From Carcharhinus longimanus (lineage: Eukaryota): DNA of 64,000 nucleotides. The DNA lies in NCBI GenBank assembly GCA_030264375.1, contig JASCQW010000072.1, positions 93,862,682 through 93,926,681 on the forward strand, read 5' to 3'. How positions within the stretch are numbered: the first letter of the stretch is position 1; the number at the start of each line of letters is the position of its first letter. Below are positions 48,280 through 61,534 of this stretch, piece by piece. Made by a program: the position numbers and the translations under genes. The notes below the pieces were generated by a model, which had not been told where the DNA came from, searched no databases, and saw only the letters and a program-made list of their open reading frames with translations.

Positions 48280-48830
48280 ACTGGTCTAGAACAGTGTGTC
48301 ACACTGTATGGCATGTCAATGATCTAGAAATGTGTTATATTGCATGATGTCAGGTTGATCTAGAACAGCATGTTATACAAAATGGCATTAATTAATTTTG
48401 AAGTGCATTCTATGCTGTTGTGTCTTGTTGATCTAAAACAGCAGGTTATACTGCATGCCGTCCAATTGTTTTAGAGAAGACCTCATAATATGATCAGATG
48501 AACATATTGACCTAAAATTATATATTGCACTCCATTAAAACATTCATCTGGATGCATAGGATGCATAACCTGATATCTGGCTGATCTAGGACTGTTACGT
48601 TACAAGAGCAAACACAATGTACACTTCATGGTGTTTTGCTGATTCTGGATAGTATACTACACTGCAAAACACATTATTCTAAAACATATATTTGTACTAA
48701 TAGCATTTCATTGCTCTAGGACAAAAAAAAACACATTACAGACTGAGCATATTGATTTAAAATACTAGTTTACACAGCCTGTGCATCGGTTTTAAATGTG
48801 TGATTGGCTTTATGATACACTGAACTGTAT
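48280..48830. repeat. Degenerate ~37-bp minisatellite (approximate consensus tgatctagaacagtgtgttatactgcatggYgtcaRt)
   Basis: TGATCTAGAA-like anchors at about 48282, 48320, 48356, 48393, 48429, 48466, 48508, 48544, 48582, 48640, 48675, 48712, 48753 and 48787. Confidence 0.7.
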
Positions 48831-51599
48831 GCTGTGTTAACTAAATCAATGTGCTATAGAATAGAATGCTGCATTGAGTGATACTTCAAATANNNNATTT
48901 TAAATTTATATCAGGGATTATATATCACAGCAGAATGTGAGAACAGAGCTATATAGATGGCTATTAGGTGGTTAAGCGTGCATTTTTTTTTGGATATTGA
49001 AAACACACACAAATTCATTCCCCTTCTCATTCACTTAACATTGCAGGGCAAGTATTCACAACAGAGAAATTGTCAATAAAATGGAGCATATTTACTTGTT
49101 AGTTTAGAATTTCTGATTGGTACTATTTTAACACATAATGTAATCCAAATCATATCATCCAAGCTGCAGGGTAGCAACTTTGAGTAGTCTTCATGTGCTC
49201 AGCACCCTTAATAGAATGTTAATATCAGTGCTGAGGAGAAACCAGGAGATGTAATTAAAAGGCAAGTGGAGATATTTAGTAAAAGTGATCGGAAGAACAA
49301 ATTCTACACAAGGTGCTGAATGAAACATCAATAACAAGGCAACTACTTTATAAAATGCAGAGGAGGCATCGAGATTTTGTAAGCTTCTGTGTACTGGAGA
49401 AAGGTCAGCCTGACAAAAAAGTACCATTTTACACAATCTGTCTGATAACAAGACCTGCTGCACAGCACATGCTCACGGTAACACTCTCACACAGCATAGT
49501 ACAAAGGATAAAGAGACAGAAGCCCTTTCTGTCAGCCTAACTGATGCTGCAATTTAGCAGCGTGAGAGGCTCATACATAAAGATGAGCTGGCTCTGAAGT
49601 GTAACTGTTCCATTACTTGAGTAAATCTATCTAAAAATCTTGAACATCATGATTTAGTTGAGATGGCTGAAAGATTTGCCTACTTTAAAATAAATTGTAC
49701 AAACTTGCTCTTCTTAAGCCCATGTCTAAATTTACAACGTGAAACAGGTTAAAGTAAATGTGACAAGCTACAAAGCAAACAATAAAAAGAAACAATTTAA
49801 GAAATTAACATTGAATATAAAGTGGACAGGGATTTTCATTTTGAGTTTTAGAGCAAAACAGAAGAGTAAGCAAAGCCAACTCCACAATGATAGAAACAGT
49901 TGGTATGAATATATCCCTTGTGCATGCTAAGAAGTGTCAGGATTTTCTCCTGCATTGATGCAGAATAATTTTTGATCAATCAACTAAATACCAATGCATG
50001 ATATTTCAATGATCTTCTATTGCCAGATGGTACAACACCTCAATATACCGTGTGGCTTTCATTGCAATTTCTACAATATTTTATTCTATGCGTGATGCAA
50101 GTTTCAAAATTATAAACCTGATTTTGCAAAATTGTGTACACAGAGTGATGTCTTTCTCTCATAATCAACCTCACCTCTAAGCTGTGCGGATATGTTGCAC
50201 TCCAGAAAGTCCAACAGAGGAGACAAGCATACCATGTGTGTGCAGTAGTCCCTTTAAGAGGTGTGCACATCTGACCCCCAAGTCAATCTTAAAGGGACCT
50301 CACAATGATACAAAGAGCCCCTGCACAGCAAAGAGGAACTTGAGAAACCATTGCTCATAATTCTTACTCTTGGCTAACAGTCAGAAACACAAAAGCCCCT
50401 ATGACAGTGGGTGGACACTTTTTCTTTCAAAAATACATTCTTAAGACAACTTGATTAGAATTTACTGAAAGACATTATTTTTGCTGTGCTTCAGTGTGGC
50501 TTATGATTTTATTTCATTATTCTTTTGCTACTTGAAGTCAGTGAAGTCTCATTGCATACACTTGTTTACTGATAGTTCTACTAGCCGATCAACCTGGAGC
50601 ATGTAAGTGTCACTGACTGGTTGACCTTTGAAAGTGTGACAGACAGATCATACAAAAAGTGGCACTGTCATTTAAAAGGTGCAATAAAGAAAAATGAACC
50701 TTCTGGTTTGGAGTTTCGAGACAGTCAAATATTAATCCATCATTTAAGTAATGTAAATAGATACATCTTCCCACGCTTCATCAGTCAATACTAGTCAGGG
50801 TGTTACAGAGATTTCTTTGCAGCAATTGAACCACTGTGTTAAGAAATTGCTGGTTGCATGCTTTAAGTATCTTTAGATTATGATAAACAAGATAGTGCTT
50901 ATATATTGGATGAAGAGGTTGAGATGATGAAGGGCTTGTTAAAGCTGAGGCAATGTTAAATGTTCCAAGGACTGCATCAGCAGCATCAATCATATTCGAG
51001 AATTATCGCTGTTAATGAAAGGGCGGCAATAGTGATGATTTATGGACTCTTAGACTATTACCAGTGACCAAAGTCACAGAGCTGAGGATTTTAATGCCAC
51101 AATGGTGCGCTTTCTTTGATACAAATAGAATGCAAAGCAAACAACTGGATGGGTTCTGCAAGCCACATGGAAGTTTGTAAGATAATTTCAAGTTATCTGA
51201 ATGATGCACTTATTCATTCCATACTGCTGTTGTGTCATGAACTTACTGATTCCTCTCCTGCCATAGCCAAAGAAAGTGAGCACCAAATATAAATAAATTC
51301 CTTAATAATTAGTGGTCTTTTGAAGAGGAGAAAAATCACGCATTAAATCAAAGGATCAGATTCACTTGAACATTCATCAAAAAATGATATCAAAGGGAAT
51401 AAACACCATAAGCCTATTTCCTAAATACAGATCAATTTTACAATGCCTACAATGTGGTTACTACAATGCAGAATTCACTATCATTAAAATAATTTTATAA
51501 TTAGAGTGTTTTGACAATATTAAAATAGGAGACCCAATAAAATAAAAGAGGTCCCCTGCAGGCCAAGTGGAGAATCATACTGCACATATTGTACTAAGT

Positions 51600-51940
51600 G
51601 GAGGCGATGCCCTAGTGGTTTAGTCACCAGACTACTAATCCAGAAACCCAGCTAATTTTCTGGAGACCTGGCTTTGAATCCACTATGTCAGATGGTGAAA
51701 TTTGAAGGAATTGCAAATCTACTGATGATCATGAAACCATTGTTGATTGTCAGAAAAACCCATCTGGTTCACTAATGCCCTTTAGGGATGCAAATCTGCT
51801 GTCCTTACCTGGTCTGGCTTACATGTGACTCCAGAGCTACAGCATTGTGGATGGCTCTCAGCATGCTATTGGGCAACAAGGGATGGGCTATAAATGTTGG
51901 ACTGCCAGCGACGCCCATGTCTCATGAATGGGTATAAAAA
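51600..51940 (+). mobile_element. tRNA-derived SINE (family D) with a tail matching the 6950-type LINE; related copies at ~32200-32530 (+) and ~3860-3990 (-)
   Basis: ctagtgg...gactactaatccaga head; aaacccatctggttcactaatg.cctttaggga centre; taaatg.tgg...gccagcgacgccca tail. Confidence 0.7.
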
Positions 51941-53139
51941 CATGTACTTTTTTTAATCAGAACATTGAGGCCTGATCTTTGGTCTTAGGTTGACTAATCA
52001 CAGTCAGAGTAGTAGGAAGGTTTTTGCTAGAAGAGGAAAACAAATCAGCTAGCATTTTTGCTCCCTGAAGCTATTGGAAACTGTGTGCGTGTAAGTGGGC
52101 GAATGCATGGGCAAAATCTGGCCCAGTGAATTCTTGTATGTAACTATTTTGTTGACATTCATTGCATGGCTGTTTGTGGAGTCATCACAACCAAAAAGGC
52201 AATGCTTCAGGAGAACACTGACAAAAAAAACACAAAATCACTGGCAGAGCTAATTTAGAAAAAATTCTTAGCCTCACAGTGTGATTTTAGATATAAATTT
52301 GAAGTAATCTGAGTGAACAGGAGTTCATCTTTATTGGTGCTGATTCTGCTCTTGCACATGTAAGAGTCAACAACTCCTCCAAGACAGCCCGCCAAAGGTA
52401 TCATTATAATTGTCAAAATAAAAAGACTCAAAAAAAGATGAGAGGAAATAATAAATTGACACCAAAGTTCATCATCATTCACTGTCACCAATTTTTAAGC
52501 AGGATTCTACTGTTAAAACGCTTTCCCCTTTAATTTCAGAGGAAGAATGTCACTTCTCCAGGACCTAATTGTCACGGAGCTTCCAATAGTGTGAATAGAA
52601 TAACATATGGCATTGTAAATTTCAAATGATCACAAAAGCAGAATTACAGCAAGGTCCAAGATTACAAAACCTTCCATAATTCACAAAACACCTCCCATAA
52701 ATAGGCATGTATTGATCCACTTAGATCTGCACCGGGGTTTGGAAATGTCACAGCAATCTCGAACGGGTTAAAGAGATTAATGAGATTGATTACAGGCTAA
52801 GAAACTAATCAGAGGTTTCAGGAGTTATCATAAAATTCAAACCAAAGCTTGAATTAGATCACAGTCTTGAAAATCTATTTCTAGCATCTGTTATTTAATT
52901 CATTTTACTTTTGTGTGGTTGCTTTATTTCTGTGTTGTTAACCTTCCCCCCACCTCCCACCAATCCCAACTTCCTCTTCTCCTGAAAACAGTGTATATGC
53001 CATGCTGGTTATGATTCTCTGTGCATTTTATACTCCCCCACCCCAATTTTATTTACGCAATCAGTTATTCTTATACGGGTTCAGTAAACTATTCGACATC
53101 AAGGGCTGTCACAGCAAAGCCAAAGCCTGATTGGAGTCT

Positions 53140-53610
53140 AGAGAGGGGGGCAGAAGGGATTCACCAGGATATTGCCTGGGCTGGAATGTTTCAGCTGTGA
53201 AGAAAGAACAGTTCAGCTGGGGTTGGTTTTCCTTAAAGCAGAAAAGGCTGAGGGGGGTTCTGACTGAGATGTACAAAGTTATGTGACAGAGATAGGAAGA
53301 AACCTTTCCCTTTTGTAGAGTGGTCAACAACCAGGGGGCATAGATTTAAGATAAGGGGCAGGAGAATTAAAGAGGATTTGAGAAAAAGCATTTTCACCCA
53401 GAAGTGGTGAGAATCTGGATCTCACTGCCCGAAAGAGTGGTAGAGGGAGAAACTCTCACAATATTTAAGAAGCATTTAGATGAACACTTGAAACACCATA
53501 GCATACAAGGTTACAGACCAAGTGCTGGAAAATGGGAGTAGAATAGATAGGTGCTTGATGGCCAGTGCAGACACAATGGGCTGAAGGGCCTCTTTCAATG
53601 TTGAAAAACT
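53140..53610 (+). mobile_element. CR1/HER1 LINE 3' end
   Basis: gattcaccaggat.ttgcctgggctgga...ttttcacccaga...gatggccagtgcagacacaatgggctgaagggcct. Confidence 0.85.
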
Positions 53611-56600
53611 TTCAATGTTGAAAAATGTTGATTTGATATTAGATGTCAGTCAGGAATGGGAATCCAACCTGATATTACTCACTTCCCACTCGTGTAACAC
53701 AGAGTATTGAGATTCATTGTGTTGGACCCACAACTTCTCCATAAGAATTTGCACATGTGAAATAGTGGAAGATGGGGATTATCAAATCGGTATCCCATTT
53801 TGCACGTCGACTGATTTTTCACTTAATCAGGAGTGATGCAAAATGAGCTGCTGTTTTGATATAGCCCAAAGTGAAAATTATCCCCTCTGTTATTATGATG
53901 ATTTCAGCACAGTTATCAACTATCACTGACTATCCAACTTGTTAGAATGTAACTGGTGACAACTTTGTATTGGATGTAATCTGACCAATGATAACAAGCC
54001 GTAGGGATCAGCTGACCCAGTAAACCATGGAACCAATTACAGAATGATGTGATGGTCAGCTGACTAACTGACTCATTATTAAAAAGAACTTGTTAGGAAA
54101 CAAGTAGAGTGGTCCAGGGCAAAGTTCCAAGTTTGAAGTAATGCAGTTTCTTAATTAAACCCTTTCTTTGATTTATAAATTGGAGTAAGTTTTGTTATAT
54201 TTTTATTATCTGCATTTGAAGAGTTCCTTCTGAAGAAACATAAGTCAGTAATGCGCAATAATTGTGAGACTATGAGATTAACACTTGTAGTATTATCACG
54301 GAAGGTTTATCAAGGAATAATTAGCAATTGATTACTGTGAAATTTTAGCTGCAGCATTTATTACAATATGTTATAATCACATATCCAGTTTAGGTGGGAC
54401 ACCCATTGAAATTCCCATTTCAAGGCAGATTTGTGAAGCATTAACACACTGCTCTGTTTTTTGTTTGGGCTTCTGGTCCCCTCATCCAGCAAATTAATAG
54501 TTTCAGCTATGTTAATGGACACAACACTGACTAAAGGTAGATGAAAGAATGAGGTGGATGAAAGATAAACGGCAAAAATCTCTGTCCTTGTCCGCGGCTG
54601 GGACTCTCTGTGGCCACAGCAGTGAAAGGAGTTTCAGCTGAGCACCAAATTCTCCAATCTCGCTGGCAGCGGAACAGGTACGGACAAGACTGGAAAATCC
54701 TGCCCAAAGTATCTCAATGGGAATAAGCCGAATTTCAGCATCTAAAAACCAATAATGAGGAGCAATGACAGTGGTTAGAGAAATGACAGTGGCCATTTTA
54801 TTCACTGAGTATGGAAAGAAAAATAATGGAATTTTTAAAAATTAAATGTCTTCATGAATAATGCTAGCAAAATTGAGAAAAAGCTAAGTTGGCTATATGG
54901 CTAGAGTGTGGCACACAGTGATGCCAACAACATGGGTTTAATCCTTGCACTGGCTATGGTAGTTCATGGAGGCCTGCCTCTTTGACTTGCCCTATGCTCA
55001 TGTGGAGTGGTGCACCTCAAAGTTTATACAATCAATTGTCTCTCACCAATGGAGAGAAATGCCATGGTCCTTTATGGACTATGGTGAATGCTAGTTTCGT
55101 GCCACAAATAAACACTTCTAATCATGAGACTCAAATATCATTCTGTACTGTTTCTTCTAGACTGAATCTGCAAGGCACTCACTAGCAATGCTGTAAAACT
55201 AATTAATACATTTATCCTATAAATGTATTGAAAGATCCCATTGTACTCTTATTATAGAAACCCTATTGTATTTGCCAGTGACAGTGTGGATTTTGTAACA
55301 TCAAATAAGAGACAAAGAAAGAGGCTATTGTGCCCAAAGAGCAGTCCATGCGGGCGCTTATGTTCCACTCAAACTTCTTCCCAGTCTTCCACATCAGTAT
55401 AGTCCTCTGTTCCCTTCTCTCTTGTATTCTTCTTTAACTCCCCTTTCAAGGCATCAACCACCTCCTGATGGTAGCAAGTTCCACAATCGTACCACTCTTT
55501 GGGTGAAGGGAGTTTCTTTTGAATTCCAACTGGATTTCCTGGTGACCATCTTATACTGATGGCCTCTAGTTTTGCTTTTCCCCACAAGTGAAAACGTTTC
55601 TATAGACAGCTTGATCAAGACCTAACATTGTCATGGTAATCCCTATCAGGTCACCCCTCAGCCGTCTCCTATCAACTCAGGTGTACACTTGTAGCACCAA
55701 TACCCATGTTATTTGTAAATGCTACACAAGATAAGACTGCTCAAATCACACTCAGGGGAAGAAGGATCAGCTCTGGAACAAATTTTATTTTGGAGCATTT
55801 TGGTTGAGGCAGACTTTTAATTATTAACCTTAAACTATTGCCATGTTATGGAGGAATTACAGCTTTAAAACATTAATCCCATTTTTCAACTACAAAGTAC
55901 AAGCAGACAACCATTTATGTTCGTTCTCCTACCTAATTAGCATGTGAGCACAACGAAGGAAAATTGAAGTTGACGAATACCATTTGTTGCCTCTTTAAAA
56001 AGTGCTGCAGTCTGTGCTGGTTAGAGTACATCTGTTACCATTTTGAGTTTTATAGAAACATTTTCCCTCTCAATGGATTAGTAGCGGTTCCTGTAAGCGG
56101 ACCGTATCCCGATAATCTGGAAACTGTATTTTTATCAATAACCTGCCCTTTGTAAATGCTTTTGGCCTGAGGATTAATAGCTAATTTATTCACAATAGCC
56201 TCTTTATTGGATTAAGTATAAAGACTGGTATCCGAATGTCGACTTTCGTTCAGCCAGATAGTGAACAGACTTAGCGCACAGGCATACTGTGCATAACTGG
56301 TCTACTGGATCCTTTTGAATTGTCCTTTAATTGCATATTCGTACCAAACTTCTGGCCTATTTTAGGCCTCTTGCTGGGAGCTTGCATCATTGGGAGCGAT
56401 GTGGGAAGGATTGCAGACCTGCTGCATTTCTTAAGGGTCTGCAGTAGTCTTTTTCCAAGGGGCCAGGTTTTTACCCAAACAAATTCTACTGCTCTTCCAT
56501 GTTCAACCTATAAAATTGCAGCAGCTAGGAATATCAATTTCACTGGGTTCATCTGTGAGGCTAGGAAGAGAACCAACAAAAGACTGCCTTGTTTAACAGT

Positions 56601-56669
56601 CCACAGCACTCCTCCCCATTGGAGAACAATTTAGCCTTCATGGTCTGATGCAGCAAAAAAGCTTTTTTT

Positions 56670-56954
56670 AAAGTTTATTTATTAGTGTCACGAGTAGGCT
56701 TACATTAACTCTGTAATGAAGTTACTGTGAAAATCCCCTAGTCACCACACTCTGGCATCTGTTCAGTTATACCGAGGAAGAATTGAGCAATGCACCTAAC
56801 CAGCACGTCTTTTGGACTGTGAGAGGAAACTGCAGAATCTGGAGGTAACCCATATAGATCCGGGGAGAAAATGTAGGCTCCACATATACCCAAGGCCGAG
56901 AATCGAACTCAGGTCCCTGGCGCTGTGAGGCAGCAGTGCTAACCACTGTGCCAT
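56670..56954 (-). mobile_element. SINE, tail B
   Basis: Full family match on the minus strand. Confidence 0.88.
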
Positions 56955-58357
56955 CATACCACACCAACACCCTGTGTGCAACACCCCACAGCACCTACAA
57001 ACAGATGAGAATGCCAGTCTGTGAAAATCTATTAAACAAAATATGCATGCAACAAAGTAGTTCTCTCAAGCTGTTACATCTTGGCTGCAGCCTCATGTAA
57101 AGTGTTTGGGTAACCTTATTGTTCATTCAGAGCTTAACATGCAATCCCATATTCCAGCACAGTATACTTTCTAGCTTCAACAAACTTGTCACCCTTATAT
57201 CTGTAAAGGTATGCTCAGCAAGCAATCTGCCAGCAAAGCCAAGTTACATGTTGCACGTTTGTCTCCTTGCAGACATGTTGAGGCGCAGGGTGAGAATTTA
57301 ATGTTACAAGTGTCAACCTTCTAACATCTCAACATTTCTTTTCCACTCTCAGGAAAATATAAGACATAACAGGGAGCAGGCACAAGAGAAGGACTCAATA
57401 ATTTCAAACCCTTCTGGCATCTTCAAAGAGACAATGTTGAAAGTTAAAGTGACTGACAGATTGGAGAAAGTGGGGAGGGCTAATATTTGGAGGTCCATCT
57501 CTGGTACAGGTTAGTACCATTCATTTTCAGATTCTTTCTTCCCATTTTTACTGAATCCTTTCATTCAACATAGCACCGTGACACAATGCATTTCCATTTA
57601 AGTACGTTTGGTGTTGTTTTTAACTTATGTCCCTCATATCTCTACAGGTTCCCATTTTCACAAGATGTGGCTTAAGTTTTTACTAAACACAAAGTAAACT
57701 AGTAACTCAAACCACACATTCAATTTGTGGCAATCACCTACGGCGATACAATCACTCCGTAAATCTAGAAAAGCAACTTAAAGCAGAACCACGAATTGAA
57801 ATACACAGCAGGAGTGAGGAGGAGAATGTGGGCCAATAAGCAGGAACCTACTGGCTGCAGGCCCAGTTTGTACTCTTCTACAGCTGCTGATCCTAGGAAT
57901 CATGCTCTGATAGCAACTTAGTTATATATTCAAGTCTACATATGCAAAGAAACATGAAGTATACACAGTTGTCTTCTCAGATAGTGAAAAATGCCCTGTG
58001 ACCAAAGTCACTTTTTCAAAATGCTGTGCATTGCATCATGAAGTACATGGCAATTACACAGACAAATCAAGTTCAGTATTGGACAGCGACTACTGGACAT
58101 TTGGAGAGTCTCTCTTTTCACTTGGGGAACAGATTGAGAGGACCAGCAAGCAGGACTTCACAAACCTCTTTGCTGGCCTCAAGCCATTAGATTAGAAAGC
58201 GGGCAGATCTAGCTAGTCACCAAAGTATTTTACATAGACAGAAGCAATTGCAGGGCAATCTCATGACCAAGCACAGGAGGGTATACAACAATTTCACTGC
58301 AATAGGCTCTCACTAACCTCAAAAGCCAATCTCAGTTACTCTGCTCATTGGAAAGGA

Positions 58358-58512
58358 TGATGTGGAGCTGTTGGCGTTGGACTGGGGTAAACACATTAAG
58401 AAGTCTCACAACATCAGGTTAAAGTCCAACAGGTTTATTTGGTAGCAAACCTACTGGCTTTTTCTCCCAAATAAACCTGTTGGACTTTAATCTGATGTTG
58501 TGAGGCTTCTTA
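58358..58512. mobile_element. Penelope-like fold-back element (family 1), copy 3
   Basis: 46-bp inverted arms at 58397-58442 and 58467-58512. Exact 12-bp flanking direct repeat cattggaaagga at 58346-58357 and 58513-58524. Confidence 0.82.
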
Positions 58513-60169
58513 CATTGGAAAGGACACATGGATCTGATCTGGAGCAGCAAAAAGATATCCACAGATCACAGTCAATCCACATTAATTTGCATCTATCATT
58601 TTTCAGTCCAGTTATCCTCCCTGCATATACTTACAATCTAATTCACTTGTTGCGTATCATCTTTATTTTCGCGCTGTCGGAAAGTATCCANNNNNNNNNN
58701 NNNNNNNNNNNNNNNNNNNNNNNNNNNNNNNNNNNNNNNNNNNNNNNNNNNNNNNNNNNNNNNNNNNNNNNNNNNNNNNNNNNNNNNNNNCGCTGTCGGA
58801 AAGTATCCAATCATGTTCTCTCTGCCCAAGTCCAGGTCATCTATACAAATTGGAAATGGTGTTTCCAGCATTGTGGTCTGGGGATAACACTTCCAAACTT
58901 TCACCTAACTGAAGCTTAGCCATTTAACCTCTTTGTTTCCATCACCTAACTTTCTATTCACGTTGCTACATTCCCTCTAACACCATATGACAGAATTTTT
59001 ACAATAATCCCCTTTGAAATCTTTTGTCAAACATTACATCTATTCCCTTTACCTACACGTTAATCACTTTGCCAAGAAAAAGACTCTTTCCAAATTTGAC
59101 AAACACAACTTTTCTTTAACAAATGCAGGCTGTCTGCAATTAACCCATGAATCACAAATGTTCTCTCACTTAACCTTGAATTAGAGTTGCTCACACAGGA
59201 AATTTTAAACTGTTTAATTCCCTGAATTTTAAACAAAGTAAAACAACTTCACTGCATTTTCTTCTTATTTTGTGATCTTAGCACAGTAATTGGATTCAAC
59301 ACGATTTTAATGAATGAATTAACCCGATTAAAAAAAAAAGGTCTGTGTCTTTATTAAAACAGTGAACAGAAGAATTTCACCTGAACACATTAATCAATTT
59401 GTTAAATATAGCACACAGTGGAATTTCTATTGCCAAAAACACTAAACAGAATAAAAACCTCATTCATTTAGTGCATATAATCAAATGAAAATGTTTGTGC
59501 TGATTGAATGCTATTTATAATTTTCTGCAGCATCCCAGTAGTTATGAATAGTGTGCGGCTCTAACCACTACTTTAATTTCTAATCATAAACAAATGTATT
59601 GAACATTACTGTTTCCCTGATTCTTCCTACTGAGGATTGGTGCGTGGAGCCACATTTCTAAATTGATTCCTGCAGTGCATTCTTTAGCAATAATCATCAC
59701 TGTTAAACATCAGACATCGCAGAGAAGGAAGAAATTAAATCTCAGAAAGGATACGCAATTGATTTTTTTTTAGGTTATGAGAGAGACCAGTCAGTTAAAA
59801 ATCACTAAAATGTGAGACTCCAAGATTGTTCAGTCATTGCACTCCACAACCACACAAGCTCCAAACAAGAGGTCTAATCCAAGCCAGAGATTTGAAAATT
59901 AAGACCACTTCCAGAAATCCTGCGGTCCAGCTATGCACAGTGTGCAAATGTGTTAAGTCATTGCTATCTGCATCCTTACTAATTAGATGAATGCAGCCTG
60001 CTGGAAAGCTAGGCTTCTGCATGTTAGAAATACCCTTCTGTCAGGCTCCAGCACCTCCAGACTGTATAACAGCTCAGGAGAATTCCAGTGCAAAGTACTA
60101 GAAGACCACACCTTATGTAGTGTGTTCTATGCACCACAGGATTGACGTGGAGGAAGGTGAAAGAAGGAC

Positions 60170-60722
60170 AACTCAGGAGGCTACGGAAATTTGGCATGCT
60201 TGCTACTACTCTCACCAACTTTTACAGATGCAACATAAAAAGCAATCTTTCTAGTTGTATCACAGCGTAGTATGGCTCCTGCTCTCTCCTAGACTGCACT
60301 AAACAACAAAGGGTCATGAACGAAGTCCGGTCCATTACTCAAACTAGCTTCCCACCCAATGACACTGTCTACGCTTCCCACTGCCTTGGAAAAGCAGTCA
60401 GCATTACTAAGGACCCCACGCACTGTGGACATACACTCTACCACCTTCTTCCATCAGGAAAAAAATACAAAAGCCGGAGGTCATGTACCAACTGACTCAA
60501 GAACAGCTGCTTCCCTGCTGCCATCAGACTTTTGAATGGACCTACTCATACTAAGTTGATCTTTCTCTACACCATAGTTATGACTGTAACACTACATTCT
60601 GCACCCTCCCCTTTCCTTCTCCCCTCTGTACACAATGAATGGTATGCTCTGTTTGTATTACACAAGAAACAATACTTTTCATTGTATACCAATAATGTGA
60701 CAATAAGAAATCAAATCAAATC
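60170..60722 (+). mobile_element. Rex1/Babar-type LINE 3' end
   Basis: ctcaccaacttttacagatgca.cata.aaagc (LTNFYRCTIES-like) through to an (aaatc)n tail; inverse of 61535-62330. Confidence 0.82.
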
Positions 60723-61534
60723 GAATAACTGGTTCCCACAGGGATGTGCAATGTTAATGTAAACTTTAATTAGGACAAGGGAAAACAGATTCAAATGAAA
60801 ATGATAAAAGTAAGTGAATACAGGCAAGATATTGAATCACAAGATGGAGACTATGTGGAATAGTTATCCTGGAAATACTGGAAGAAGAGGATTTATAAAT
60901 ATCAAAAGGGAAATTGATCAACCTTTGACATTCATGGCTAATGAAAATTAAAGGTAAGAAAGTGACGAAGGAAGTTTGCAACCATCAATACTGATGGTCT
61001 TTTGTCACCCCATAGCGTGATCTATTCCTACGGACATTGTGATATATTGAAGAGCAGAGTAAGTTGTCCATGGGAGGATGACATTCTCTCCTGAAGTTAG
61101 CATTAATAGCATTTGAGAGGGGTGATGGTGCCTAAATTAATACTATCAGATAAAGTGAGCGTTGATAGGGCTGATAGGGTTTTCTTGTTCTTCCTGTTAC
61201 ACATGGCTGGTTTAATGCAATTGCAAAAGAGGGAATTTCAAAATCAGGCACTGAATGAAACAAGGATGCCTGTCCCAAATGTTGATAACATATGAGTACA
61301 TGGAGATTTGATGGATGCCAAATGTAGCTTCTGTGGAACTGTGCTGAAAAGGAATGGAGAACAATCTAGGTGGTCTCCTTTCTCTTCAATTATATCGAAA
61401 TTTCAGTGCAGTTTAACATCATAAAATCTGAGGCATTTCTAAACAGCTTTCTACCAAGATTCAGAAATTTTAAGGCATGCCAAGTGAGGACTTCCTTCAA
61501 CCCACATGGGCATCCCAGGAATAAGTTGTAAAAT

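Noticed and set aside
48280-48830. Possible CRISPR-like array
   Set aside because: The units are degenerate and the 'spacers' are homologous to each other. There are no cas genes and the context is a vertebrate intron. It is a minisatellite.
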